A stretch of 60,447 bases of DNA, the filler included, from an uncultured Myxococcia bacterium (lineage in GTDB: Bacteria > CAZTWC01): the NCBI GenBank assembly GCA_964617105.1. It is 6 parts of 6 records of this genome, joined end to end, with 100 filler letters (N's around TTAATTAATTAA, not from the genome) between each part and the next. Parts side by side here need not be neighbours in the genome. Positions count along the whole stretch, not along the records: positions 50,514 to 60,447 come from CAZTWC010000125.1; 5 more parts are not named here. The stretch is one strand, 5' to 3'. A model generated the notes under the pieces. The model saw only the letters and a program-made list of their open reading frames with translations. It made no database searches and was not told the DNA's origin. Below, in pieces: positions 50,514 through 60,447 of this stretch. Every line of letters begins with the position of its first letter. The first letter of the stretch is position 1. The position numbers and the translations under genes are program-made.

Positions 50514-51785
50514 GCATAATTGGGCCATCGATTTTTTGGCAATATGGGTGGATAATAGGTCAATCGATATTTTAGCGCCCACATTAGCCCTGATTAATTC
50601 ACGATTGGGCACATTTTGACCGCCTATCCGGTGGGCCAGGGCGATACCGCTGAAAACTGTAGTGCTATACGCGGCCGCCTCGGTATTAGTCAGAGGATTT
50701 TGATAATATTTGTAACTCTCATCCGCCTGGTAATGTTGTTTGGCAAAATCAAGCACCCAACTTTTAACCCGCTCACATTTCTGGTTGACTTTCACCTGCT
50801 CCTGGTTTTTGATCAGCAGCCGGTATTCCTGTTCTATACAGCGGGGATGAAAATAGCCGGTTTCAAAACCGTGAACCGGCAGCACTCTGCCCTGCAGGCA
50901 AACCCAAGCCTCGTCTACTGCTGCCCAGTCTTCTTCACTGGAAGAGCCATAAGCCTGATCCAAAAGGTAATAATAGCGGACATACTCCTCGCGCTCATTC
51001 TTTATCTCTGGCTTCTCCTTCCTGGTTCCATCTTCCTCTTTTTCCGTTTTTCCGTTTTTCTTCACCAGAGCCTTTTCGTCCAGAGCCCTCAGTTGGAAAA
51101 TCATCTGGCTGATAGCTCTCCGTGTGGCCTGGATTTCATATTTGAAGGCTATATGGTAGGGGACAAGTTTCCATGATTGCAGATCATCTGGGTCACCCTC
51201 AATTATGGAATACCAAAAAGAACAATCGTAAAGTTGTTGCAGCCGCTGTTCCAGACGTTGAGGTTCAGTCAGTTTCAATTGGCTGATTTTCTGTCCTATT
51301 GGCGAGAACAACACATCCTCCATCCACTGTCGATTCAATTCATCAACAGCCTGGGCTAATTCCAGAGAGTTGTCCAACATCACCAAATAGTGCTCCCGTC
51401 CACTGGGCTCAAATAGAAGATCGGCAGTAAAAGGATGCTCTTTATTCAGGATTACTCTGGAAATTATGTTTCTTTGAATATTAGCGGTAAGATTGGAGAG
51501 TTCATAAAGAGCCAAATACTTATTCGGGTGTTCGTTCACTTTAGGGACCAGACCGAAATTGCGCTGGGCAACCGCCATCCGGGCCGCTTTTTCATAATTG
51601 CCGAACCATTTCCAACAGGCTTGTATTCGTTTATCATCCATAATTTGGCAGATGGCAATGTCGTTTAATTTTACACAGAATCGGTCACCTGACAGATCTT
51701 TAAGTTGGTCCAGGTTCTCTGGAACAAATGACTTGTAACCAGGTACAGGAGGAAAATCGCTTGGCTCATTTTTATGGTTCGACAT
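50514..51785 (-). CDS. Peptidase M49 (DPP III)/CiaB-like protein, 3'-truncated by the contig edge
   Basis: W..VDEAWV....PVHGFETGY and GGQNVPNRELIRANVGAKI resemble the M49/CiaB E.Y and (N/V)(L/V)PN.E...G.K segments; metal motif would lie beyond the gap. Confidence 0.5.
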
Positions 51786-51893
51786 AATAATCTCCCAATT
51801 TTTTATAATAAAAGGTAAAAAAAATTAACTATTCTATCTATTGCCGATTGTCAAGTGCTCACTAAAATATGGCAGGACTCTGGCTGTTTTTTG

Positions 51894-52334
51894 TCAACCA
51901 GGGATTAAAATACGGGAAGTTTTTTTCTCTTTTTTAAAGTTATTATAATCTTCCAGGATTTTTGGGTGATCAAAGCATAAATTCCCGGGCAAGTCGGTCA
52001 GAGAAAATAATTTTGCTTCGGCAGCATCATCGCCCCCTTTGGGAATTCCCTCTGCCCGGGCCAAAAACACCACGCTAACTGTATGGAAACGGGGATCTCT
52101 ATTGGGATCCGAATAAGTATTAAACTGCTGGATTAGAGTGATTTCCAGTCCGGTTTCTTCCCGGGCTTCCCGGCGGGCGGCATTTTCAACCGATTCGCCA
52201 TAGTCCACAAATCCCCCCGGTAGAGCCCAGCCGTGCGGTTCATTTTTCCTCTTAATCAGCACCACCTTTTGCTTTTCCATTTCAATTATTATATCCACGG
52301 TTAAAAAAGGATTTTTCGGTTGTTGTCCCATCAC
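51894..52334 (-). CDS. Nudix hydrolase (ADP-ribose pyrophosphatase-like)
   Basis: [28 protein letters not shown] Nudix box; [12 protein letters not shown]. Confidence 0.93.
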   Translation of the reverse strand: MMGQQPKNPFLTVDIIIEMEKQKVVLIKRKNEPHGWALPGGFVDYGESVENAARREAREETGLEITLIQQFNTYSDPNRDPRFHTVSVVFLARAEGIPKGGDDAAEAKLFSLTDLPGNLCFDHPKILEDYNNFKKEKKTSRILIPG

Positions 52335-54890
52335 TTACTCCATAAAATTTTCAAACATGCTCAATTGTACCGGTTTGGGGGCGGCTTTTTTCCCATAGGT
52401 GGTTTTTTCCAGTTTTTTTAACTGCGCTTCTATGTCACCTATATACCTGGAAACCCGGCTATTTTTCCCCTGACCATACAACCACCGTTTTTTGGCGCTG
52501 GTTAAAAATATTTTTCCCCTGGCCGGAGGCATTGAGAATGGTTTTGGTAGAACGGTAGTTGGCCTGCAGAAAATGGATATCAGCACCAATAAAATCTTTG
52601 GCAAAGGTGTTAAAATAGGATGGTTCGGCTCCTCTAAAACCATAGATAGCCTGATCCGGATCGCCAATGGCGCACAGGTTTATCCCTGGTTGAACAAAAG
52701 TGAGCAGCAACTGGTGCTGGAGATAGTTAATGTCCTGGTATTCATCAACAAATATCCATTTAAATGGATGAAAGTGAGGTTGAAGGTTACCTCCATTATC
52801 CACCATTCCAGGCCACGGTTGATAATGGCTTAAAAAATTGGCAATAGAGGGGATTTTATCCCAGTCAACTTCTCTTTTGGTAGCCAAATATTGGGCTGCC
52901 TGAAGAGTTCTGATTAGCAGGTCATCGAAGTCTAAGATATTATGGGCCCGGCAATATTCGGTGTAAGTCAAAGCCAGATGGTGCAACTCAGTATCCCCGG
53001 TTTGATTTTTTCCTGGCAAACCGGGCATGATCAGCTTTCCTTTGGCCAGACTAATCTGGCTTAAATAATTATTAACCTTGCTCTTTTTGGCTTTGGGTAG
53101 AAGAGGAGAGAGAATTTCCCGCTGATCATCCCGGTTTAGCAGAGTAAATTCCAAAGGTTGGTATCCTGGCCGGGTTTGCTTTAAAAACTTGATAGCAAAG
53201 GTGTGAAAGGTGCCGCTGAATATAGCGGAAACCATCTTCTCTCCCAACAGGTCATTTAACCTTTGCTCCATCTCAGAAGCGGCTTTGTTGGTGAAGGTAA
53301 GGGCGGCTATCTCATCTCCAAATGCCCTTTTATTTTCCAGCAGGTGCGCTATGCGGCAGGTGAGGGTTCTGGTTTTGCCAGTGCCCGGTCCGGCTTTTAT
53401 CAACAAGTGTTCTCCCTGGTGCTCCACCGCGGTTTGTTGCAAGGTATTAAGTTCAATACCCGGGGGAGAATTAGAAATTTCCCCCTCTTTTTTTAAGGGT
53501 TTTGAATTTGGTTTGTCCGCTTTTTGGATCTCTGCATTTGGAGTTTTAATATGGCGGTAGGTTGTTTCGGTTTTTTTTTTGACTGTATTGGCGGAAAAGA
53601 GAGTCCTTTGGCCGCCGGCCCTCTCTAATTCTTCCGGCTCAAACACTTTGATGATCCCATATTCGCCATCGTAACCGCCCAGGGCTTTAATTTTAGCCTT
53701 TCTGATCCTTTCTATCCCCTGGGCCAGCAGAGTGCCACCCGAATGTTTCAAATCGTTTAATGCGGTTTCCCGAAGTATGTTTAGTTCCGGGCCCAAATTA
53801 TATATAAGTTGAGTATATGACTTGTTCACAGTTTTGGTCTTGGGCCCTTTACCAAGGATTTCTGACAACACTCCTTTTAGCGCCACCAGGGTTTGAAATG
53901 GCCTGGCATCTGGGGGTTTATGATCTGGCTGCCGGTCGGCCAACTCCTCAACCCTGTGTAGAACTCCCACTGTAACCGGTCGGCCGCAAACCGGACACCT
54001 GCCATCATTTTTTGGGTATCAGCCGGTTCAAGACGCGCATGGCATTTGCGATGGCCGTCGAGGTGGTATTTGCCCTCTTGGGGAAAAAATTCTATTGTGC
54101 CCATAAAATGGCGATTCTCTTTGGCCAGGGCGGCTCGCACTGCATTAAAGGATAGGGGGCAGCAAAAGAGATTGGCTTCACGTCCCAGGTTTTCTGGAGA
54201 ATGGGCATCTGAATTGGAGATCAGGGTGTAGGGGTCCAGGGAGGAGAGCCGCCAATTCATGGCAGGATCAGAGGAGAGCCCGGTTTCAACCGCAAATATA
54301 TGTTGGCTCAAATCGCCGTAACATTCCTGGATAGAATCGAAACCCGACTTGGAGCCCAAGGCAGAGAACCAGGGAGTCCAAATATGAGCGGGCACCAGGT
54401 AACTTTGGGGAGAGGAATCCAACACAATGGTCAGTAAATCTTGGCTGTCAAGGCCTAAAATGGGACGCCCGTCCGATTTGATGTTACCGATTCTGTCCAG
54501 GTGGAACCGGATGTAGTCCACCGCCTTGAAATCTGGTACTACCAGTAGATTGTGCACTTTGCGCACCTTGCCGTCCCGTTTGTAGATACAACTTATCTCC
54601 GCGGTAAGGATAAAATCTACTTTTCCCCGGCAAGCAGGAAACTCTTTCGCCACCGCATCACTTTTATATTCCTTTTTTAATTGAAACAGACCAGGATAAG
54701 ATGGCTCCAATTTAGTGGTAATTTCTTGATACCAGGCAGGATGAGTAAAATCTCCAGTGCCTACCAATCTAATTCCTTTCAGTTGAGACCAGTAATTAAA
54801 CATCTCCAGGTTGCATTGCTTGCTGGTTGCCCGTGAAAAACAAGAGTGGACATGAAAATCGGCCACAAAGGATTTCGATTTGGTTTCCAT
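52335..54890 (-). pseudogene. PHP/endonuclease-Q domain fused to a UvrD/REP helicase, broken by a frameshift and an internal deletion
   Basis: ADFHVHS.FSRATS, SNSDAHS, GKYHLDGHRKC; frameshift in the A6 run at 54008-54013; [31 protein letters not shown]; then jumps at about 52522 to the extreme C-terminus ([13 protein letters not shown]...SRY). Confidence 0.85.
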
Positions 54891-56803
54891 TAAAATTTTA
54901 TCCCCATATAGACAGGCAAATTGATAAAATAACTCCGGCCGCCACTAAAGATGGCCTGCATCTCGGCGATTACCCCCAGGAAAATATTGTCCCAACCATA
55001 TTCAATTCCAGCAGAGATTTCAACCCCAGCCTGGAGGCGGTGAAAATCACCGGCGTCAGCCATTTTCACCAACTCGGGCCGGTTTTGGGAGCGGTAAGAT
55101 ATCTTTCCATTATTATAACGGCCATATTTTACCAGGCCGGCCAGACCGCAAAAAGGCGATAATCTCCGGTTACCTCCAGGATAAACTAAATAAAGGCCGG
55201 GAGCCCAGATAATAGAGAAAAAATCGCTGGCCAGCCGGTTGTCACTTTCTGCCTCTGGCAATGATGGCTGAAAATTCTCATATCTCAGGTTATCAAAGTG
55301 AGAGATCTCAAATTTGTTAAAAAGTGTCCACCAACCAGCAGCGGGCTGAAAAGAGATTGCCAGCCACAGAGCGGTGCCCCTTTGAAAATATAACTGGTTG
55401 GCATTGCTATCTTGCGGTCCGTCTATCCAGCCCAAAGCCGGTCCCAGGGAAAGGGCCAGTGAATAGTTGCCCATTTTTTGCTGTTCTTCCCTTTTTATCG
55501 CCGAATCTATTTGTAGTTGGAAAAATTTGTTCATATTTTTTAATTCTATCTGCCATCTGTTTTTAGCAAAGATGACCCCCTTAGGCGGATTCCCTTTCCT
55601 CAGCAAATAGGCGCCGAATTTATGCAGTAGAGGGAGATTTGTTCCTGCCCGCTCTATTTTTAGAATACCCAGTGGCTCCAAATCGACCCTTTTTTTATCT
55701 TTGCCGATTGTTTTTAGCCGGGCGGCGGACAAATAGGTGTTCCCAGCTTTATCTTTGGAAAAGGAATAGAGCAACGCCACCTTTCTCATTGCCAATCTAT
55801 TTAACGCTGCCAGGCCGTAATCCAAAGGAAACTGAACCGGATTTCCATTTTCAATGCTCAAGGCCTTTTCCAGTTTCGGTTCCACCCAAAATTGCTGCCG
55901 CGCTGTTTTGGGAAATACGGTTATTATCCTCTGTAGTCCCCATGTTTGTTTATATTTTTAGGCTAAAAGGTATTTTCCCGGCAATACCGGAGTAGCAATT
56001 GGCGGTTGTCCAACTTTTTTACCTTCCAAATAGAGTTCTATTTCTTTGGTCCAACTGTTAATTTCTAACACTACCTTTTGGCTATCAGCATACTTTTTTT
56101 GGGAGATGGTAAGCGATTTTATCATTGAAGGACTAAGTTGGCTTTTATCTGGCTGAAAATCGGGATCAATACTTAAAATATCTAAAAATAATTGTATTAA
56201 TTTTTCCTGTTTCCGACTGGAGTAGTAGCAGTGCACCAACATCTCCCGTAACTTTTTCATTGCCAGCCATTTTTTCTCCGAGGCTTCAGTTTTCAGCCTG
56301 ATGCCATGGTAAATATCAACCAGTTTTTCAGTAGCATTCATCGCCTCGGTTCCCTTTTGGTTCCAGAAAATATCCCGTTGCTTTTGTGCTTGCTGGAGCA
56401 GGAAATCCAGGTTGTCCATCTGTCCATTAAGAGGACTTCCTCCCACTAAATATTTCCATATTTCGGCTTTACTCATTGGCTGGCGCCCAGTTATTTTTTT
56501 AATAACCGAAGCAAAATCGAGACTAACTTGTTCCTGGTTCTCTATTGGTTCAGAATTGGGCAACTCCATCACTAAAATGGGAGTATTGGCCTGGATTTTA
56601 AGTGGAAAAATAACAATAAGCAGGCTGAAAAATAGGTAGGCGAGTTTGCCTCCAATAGGGGCTGGTAGATGGACACTTGGTATTTTCACGAAAATAACCG
56701 CAAAATAAAAGGGTATTTTTAAGATATGATTTAAAAAAAAGTTTACCCCAATAAACAATAATTGCCAAGTAGCGTCTTTCAATAATTTTTTTGAATAGCC
56801 CAT
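54890..56803 (-). pseudogene. PEGA-domain exported protein with a beta-barrel-like C-terminus, interrupted by one in-frame TAA
   Basis: ORFs 56803-55958 and 55885-54890 are in the same frame and the 24 codons between them are open; LYLEGKKVGQPP...VLPGKY PEGA motif; C-terminal MGIKF; start uncertain. Confidence 0.65.
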
Positions 56804-56943
56804 ATTAATAATTATCTTGACTTACCCAGAATAGATATGTTATTCTTTGAGATCTACAGTAACGTGTAACCTGTTGATATCTTACGGCAAATTGTTGCTG
56901 CCGTTTGATGGTATTACCAAGTAACCTTAAAAAGAGGTATACC

Positions 56944-59900
56944 ATGAAAAAATTATTCAGTCTGAAATTGTTATGTGTTCTCGTCCTTTTGGCGGCATTT
57001 ATGACCAATTGCGCCGGAGGCAGCGGTGGCTGCATAAACAAGAAACTCTCCTACAAAATCACCCCGACTCCCAATACTACCCGCATGGGAGTCACCAAAG
57101 ACGGGCTGACCATCGTCTTTAAACATCTTAAAGAGTTGATCATCAACAGCCTGGAGTCCAAAGAAAATGCAGACGGTTTTATCGAAATTCCGGTGGACAG
57201 CATCTTGATTGAAGATAAATTTACCACTCTTGGTCAGGAGGCAAAATACAAAGTTACCCTGGAAGATCCTGTTTTTCTGCTGAAGTGGGAGGATGTAAAA
57301 GTTGATATCAGCAAACAGTTCACCGGTAACCAGGTAAACACCGGCGCCCGGGTGATGATGTCCATCGAAAACGCCAAAATTGCTCTTAGCCAAGATATGC
57401 ATCTTAAAGGGGATATTTCAATCAATGCCTGTACCCTTTTTCCCTTTTTAAAACCTCTGTTGAAAGATTGCGATTTAAGTCTTATTGATGTGGCTTGCCC
57501 CATCTCAAACGGCCTTTCGGTTCGTGAAGGAGGCAAAGAAGAGTTTATCGCCGGGTATCTCAGCGCCACCGCTAATATTTTGGTTAATATAGACCGGACT
57601 ATCGACCCCAATACCGGCTTGCCCAAGGGTACCTTTAAAGTTCGTCCTATCATCAGTTCTCTGGATATCAAAGACTTGAAATTCAAGGTTGAATCCAGTG
57701 GAGAAAAAGTCTGCCAAAATAAAGCCTGTGACGATAACGAATGGGTGCTCAATTTGGCCGGGAAAGACGAGTGCTGGGAGTGTGAGCAACTGTGCCCCTA
57801 CCTGAGCAAGGGTTCTGATTTGGTTGTGCAGGTGGGTAAATATTTAAAAGGGGCCAATAAGTATCTTCTTGGAGCCGCCCTGTCGGGTGCAATTCGTAAC
57901 GCTTTTTCCGGCTTAAACGGCAAATCTCTGGTGTTGCAAGACGAGGGAAACATTAATGAAATGGCCCGCAAGGATAACCGACTCCCCTTCAAGGGAAGCA
58001 AAATGGGATTTTTGTATACACCCAATGAGATAGAGGTCAATTGTGGGACTAGATTTTGTATAGCCCCAGATATCTTGAAAACTCTGGAGTTGACCTTTGA
58101 TGGCGGTATGGATTCCAGGCCGGTTACCAGGTGCGCTCCAATACCTAAAGAATATATTGCCGACCCAGAACAATATGTTAAAAACACTTTTAAAACCACG
58201 GCGCCGCCAGATTTGACCGGAGTGGACCCCCAGGGTAATCCCTATCATGCAGCTGCCAGTTTTGCCCGGGCATTTTTCGAAAGAGGCCTCTTTTCACTGT
58301 ACATAGGAGGTAACTTATGTGTTAGTATTTACTCCGAGGATATTGAGCAGGCTTCTGATATAAAAATCAACTCCCAGGCTATTACTCTGCTGATACCGGA
58401 GTTAAAAGAGTTGCTGCCTGATAATGCTCGAATCCTAATGAGAATGAATCCATCCAAAATGCCTAGTTTTAGAATGACTCAGACGGTTAAAACTGTGGGG
58501 AATTATCAAGTTTATGTCCCCACTATGCAAATTTCGTTTGAAAAAATGGGGCTCTCTTTATACGCCTATATATTTGACCGCTACACCAGGCTGTTCCATT
58601 TTGAGTTCGACTTGAACATAGAGGCGCAAATGTCTATTCTGCCAAACCGGGAGATGGAATTCAATGTTCATGTTGTGGATGTTAAAAACATCAAGCAAAC
58701 CTACCACGAATTTGTCAAAAACCTGGATGCCACCAACCTGATTAAAAATACCGTGGATATGACTTTGGGTATGTTTTTGAAAGACAGCCTGACTTTCCCG
58801 GTGGAGGTGGAGAAATCCTTACAAAATTATCTGGGAGTCCCGGTTAGTGTTAAAATCAGCAACCTGGGTCTGGAAGGCAAGGGACAAGTCAAAGACTATG
58901 TCACTCTCTATCTAAACTTTGAAGAGTGTCAGGGAGGCAAATGCCAAAACATGATTATGGCAGCGGCGGAAACAAAGGCCAGGTTAGAAAAGGAAGTAGA
59001 GATGGTCTACGATAAAAATGGTTACCTGGTGCCGGATGGAAAAATAGTGATTCATACTGAATCTCAAGAGGAAAATCAGGAGTATCAATATCGGGTGGAT
59101 GGACTCTACTGGTCTAGTTTTCAGCAGGGAGGACAAATAGAAGTTGAATCATCTATGCTGAAGTTGCCTGGCCGCCACCTGGTAGAGGTCAGATCCAGGT
59201 ATGCCGGACATTATAATTCTCTGGATCAAACGCCGGTCAGAATTACGGTAATTGTCGATCCCTTTGCCCCCAGCCTGGAAGTGTTTCCGGTGCCAGAGGG
59301 GATAAGATTATTGGGCAAAGATAACCTCTTCAACCAATCCGAATTAACTTACTCCTACAACCTGTTTGACGCTGACGGAATTAAGGTTCAAAGTAGTGAT
59401 TTCAACTCTCAGGATCTTATTTCCCAGGCACAATTGAAAGAGGTCGATTGGCTGGAGGCCAGAGTTATGGATCCCAAGGGAAATATAAGTGGAGTAGTTA
59501 CTTATAAACTTGCTGCCCAGAACCAGTTACCAGTTGCCATTGAGGAGATCGACCCCGCCAGCAAGGTTCAGGAACCGGAAATTAATTCGGTCTATGTTGA
59601 TGCGAATAATTTGCAGAATTTTAACCTGACCGGTCAGGGAGATAACCGTGCTTCCTCATCCGGTGGATGCCACCATCTGCAATTGTCAGATAAAATACCA
59701 TATAGTTCCATCATATTTTTAGGATTGGCTCTGCTGATTCCCATTTTAATACCTCTTTTCTCTCGGATTAGAGCCAGGAGTTGCCTGTTTGCCACCTTAT
59801 TTTTAGCCATGACTTTGAGCGGTTGTGATTGCGATGAAACGCCTCTTAAAACCTACACCCAGTTCGGTGAATGTCCTTCTAATAAGATTTTAATCCGGGG

Positions 59901-60447
59901 TGAATGTGAAAATAAGTTCTGTGATCCGGAGGATCCTCTCTCTTGCTGCCCAGGACGTTTTTGCAGCAGTGAAGGCAAATGTGTATTGGAAACCTACACC
60001 TGCGAGAATGATTCTCAATGCCCCAGCAAGGGACAAACCTGCCAGGAGTTTGAAGAGCGTAACATGTGTCTGTATAAATCCTGTGCCAGCGCCGACCAAT
60101 GCCAGCGCGGCCAATTTTGTTTCTCTCACAGCTGTATCAGCGATATTCCCTGCAACGGTAAATGTCCCAATTCTAATGTTTGTGTAGCAGCCACCAACAA
60201 ATGCTATCCTGTGCAAGGTTACGGTTGTGACCGGGAATGTGGCAGCGGCGAAATCCTGGTGTTGGCTGACCCGGAAAATATGACCGGCCCTACTTGCGGC
60301 AGCCTGGTTTGTCGTTGCGAGAAGACTAAAACTCAACAGGAAGGAAGAGTCGGCCCTCACAGCGCCATGGCCATTGGTAAAAATGCCATCTACGTGAGCG
60401 CCTATGATGACCACTTTGGCGATTTGGCCCTCCTCTTTTTTGACCGC
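56944..60447 (+). CDS. Large (>=1168 aa) lipoprotein with an internal MYXO-CTERM-like anchor and a second lipoprotein signal; runs off the window end
   Basis: Translated by hand with no stop from ATG 56944 (SD AAGAGG) to 60447; MKK...AFMTN-C23; SSSGGC909-TM-RIRAR; LFATLFLAMTLSG-C961; Cys-rich region afterwards; absent from the ORF track. Confidence 0.9.
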   Translation, partial: MKKLFSLKLLCVLVLLAAFMTNCAGGSGGCINKKLSYKITPTPNTTRMGVTKDGLTIVFKHLKELIINSLESKENADGFIEIPVDSILIEDKFTTLGQEAKYKVTLEDPVFLLKWEDVKVDISKQFTGNQVNTGARVMMSIENAKIALSQDMHLKGDISINACTLFPFLKPLLKDCDLSLIDVACPISNGLSVREGGKEEFIAGYLSATANILVNIDRTIDPNTGLPKGTFKVRPIISSLDIKDLKFKVESSGEKVCQNKACDDNEWVLNLAGKDECWECEQLCPYLSKGSDLVVQVGKYLKGANKYLLGAALSGAIRNAFSGLNGKSLVLQDEGNINEMARKDNRLPFKGSKMGFLYTPNEIEVNCGTRFCIAPDILKTLELTFDGGMDSRPVTRCAPIPKEYIADPEQYVKNTFKTTAPPDLTGVDPQGNPYHAAASFARAFFERGLFSLYIGGNLCVSIYSEDIEQASDIKINSQAITLLIPELKELLPDNARILMRMNPSKMPSFRMTQTVKTVGNYQVYVPTMQISFEKMGLSLYAYIFDRYTRLFHFEFDLNIEAQMSILPNREMEFNVHVVDVKNIKQTYHEFVKNLDATNLIKNTVDMTLGMFLKDSLTFPVEVEKSLQNYLGVPVSVKISNLGLEGKGQVKDYVTLYLNFEECQGGKCQNMIMAAAETKARLEKEVEMVYDKNGYLVPDGKIVIHTESQEENQEYQYRVDGLYWSSFQQGGQIEVESSMLKLPGRHLVEVRSRYAGHYNSLDQTPVRITVIVDPFAPSLEVFPVPEGIRLLGKDNLFNQSELTYSYNLFDADGIKVQSSDFNSQDLISQAQLKEVDWLEARVMDPKGNISGVVTYKLAAQNQLPVAIEEIDPASKVQEPEINSVYVDANNLQNFNLTGQGDNRASSSGGCHHLQLSDKIPYSSIIFLGLALLIPILIPLFSRIRARSCLFATLFLAMTLSGCDCDETPLKTYTQFGECPSNKILIRGECENKFCDPEDPLSCCPGRFCSSEGKCVLETYTCENDSQCPSKGQTCQEFEERNMCLYKSCASADQCQRGQFCFSHSCISDIPCNGKCPNSNVCVAATNKCYPVQGYGCDRECGSGEILVLADPENMTGPTCGSLVCRCEKTKTQQEGRVGPHSAMAIGKNAIYVSAYDDHFGDLALLFFDR

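Noticed and set aside
56805-60414. Minus-strand ORFs listed in the track over this region
   Set aside because: Antisense shadows of the long plus-strand lipoprotein ORF; the same applies to most short overlapping ORFs elsewhere in the track

Overview
This window is not one locus. It contains six unrelated ~10 kb contigs joined by artificial 100-nt N-TTAATTAATTAA-N linkers (10059-10158, 20191-20290, 30291-30390, 40367-40466, 50414-50513) and apparently sorted by decreasing length, so adjacency across linkers means nothing. Gene content (sigma-54 regulators, 2-oxoacid:acceptor oxidoreductase, fliI, a MYXO-CTERM-like motif, Cys-rich surface proteins) suggests an anaerobic deltaproteobacterial/Myxococcota-like draft genome. 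Contig 1: radical-SAM tail, NtrC-type regulator, PilZ protein, NTT-like transporter plus nucleoside phosphorylase, and an XRE-regulated 2-oxoacid oxidoreductase operon. Contig 2: accessory island with two AAA/PD-(D/E)XK paralogues, a NucS/DUF5655 gene, IS remnants and a diversity-generating retroelement (HRDC-avd-RT-TR) whose template repeat is intact but whose RT stops before the catalytic motif. Contig 3: fliI, a MotE-like gene and a >2800-aa Ig/Cys-rich/RCC1/FGE-domain surface protein. Contig 4: ispE-tRNA-Gln-rplY-pth-hppA-rpsF-rpsR-rplI-dnaB, a partner-switching pair and tmk. Contig 5: TlpA, rseP, tsaB, C45 peptidase, vapBC, amidohydrolase, regulator and a ROK kinase. Contig 6: M49/CiaB-like protein, Nudix, a broken PHP-UvrD gene, a broken PEGA gene, and a >=1168-aa ORF missing from the ORF track that looks like a lipoprotein polyprotein (N-terminal lipobox, internal MYXO-CTERM-like anchor, then a second lipoprotein signal). 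Several genes show internal deletions or single-base lesions that could be real decay or assembly artefacts. All family calls come from motif recognition by eye, not database searches.
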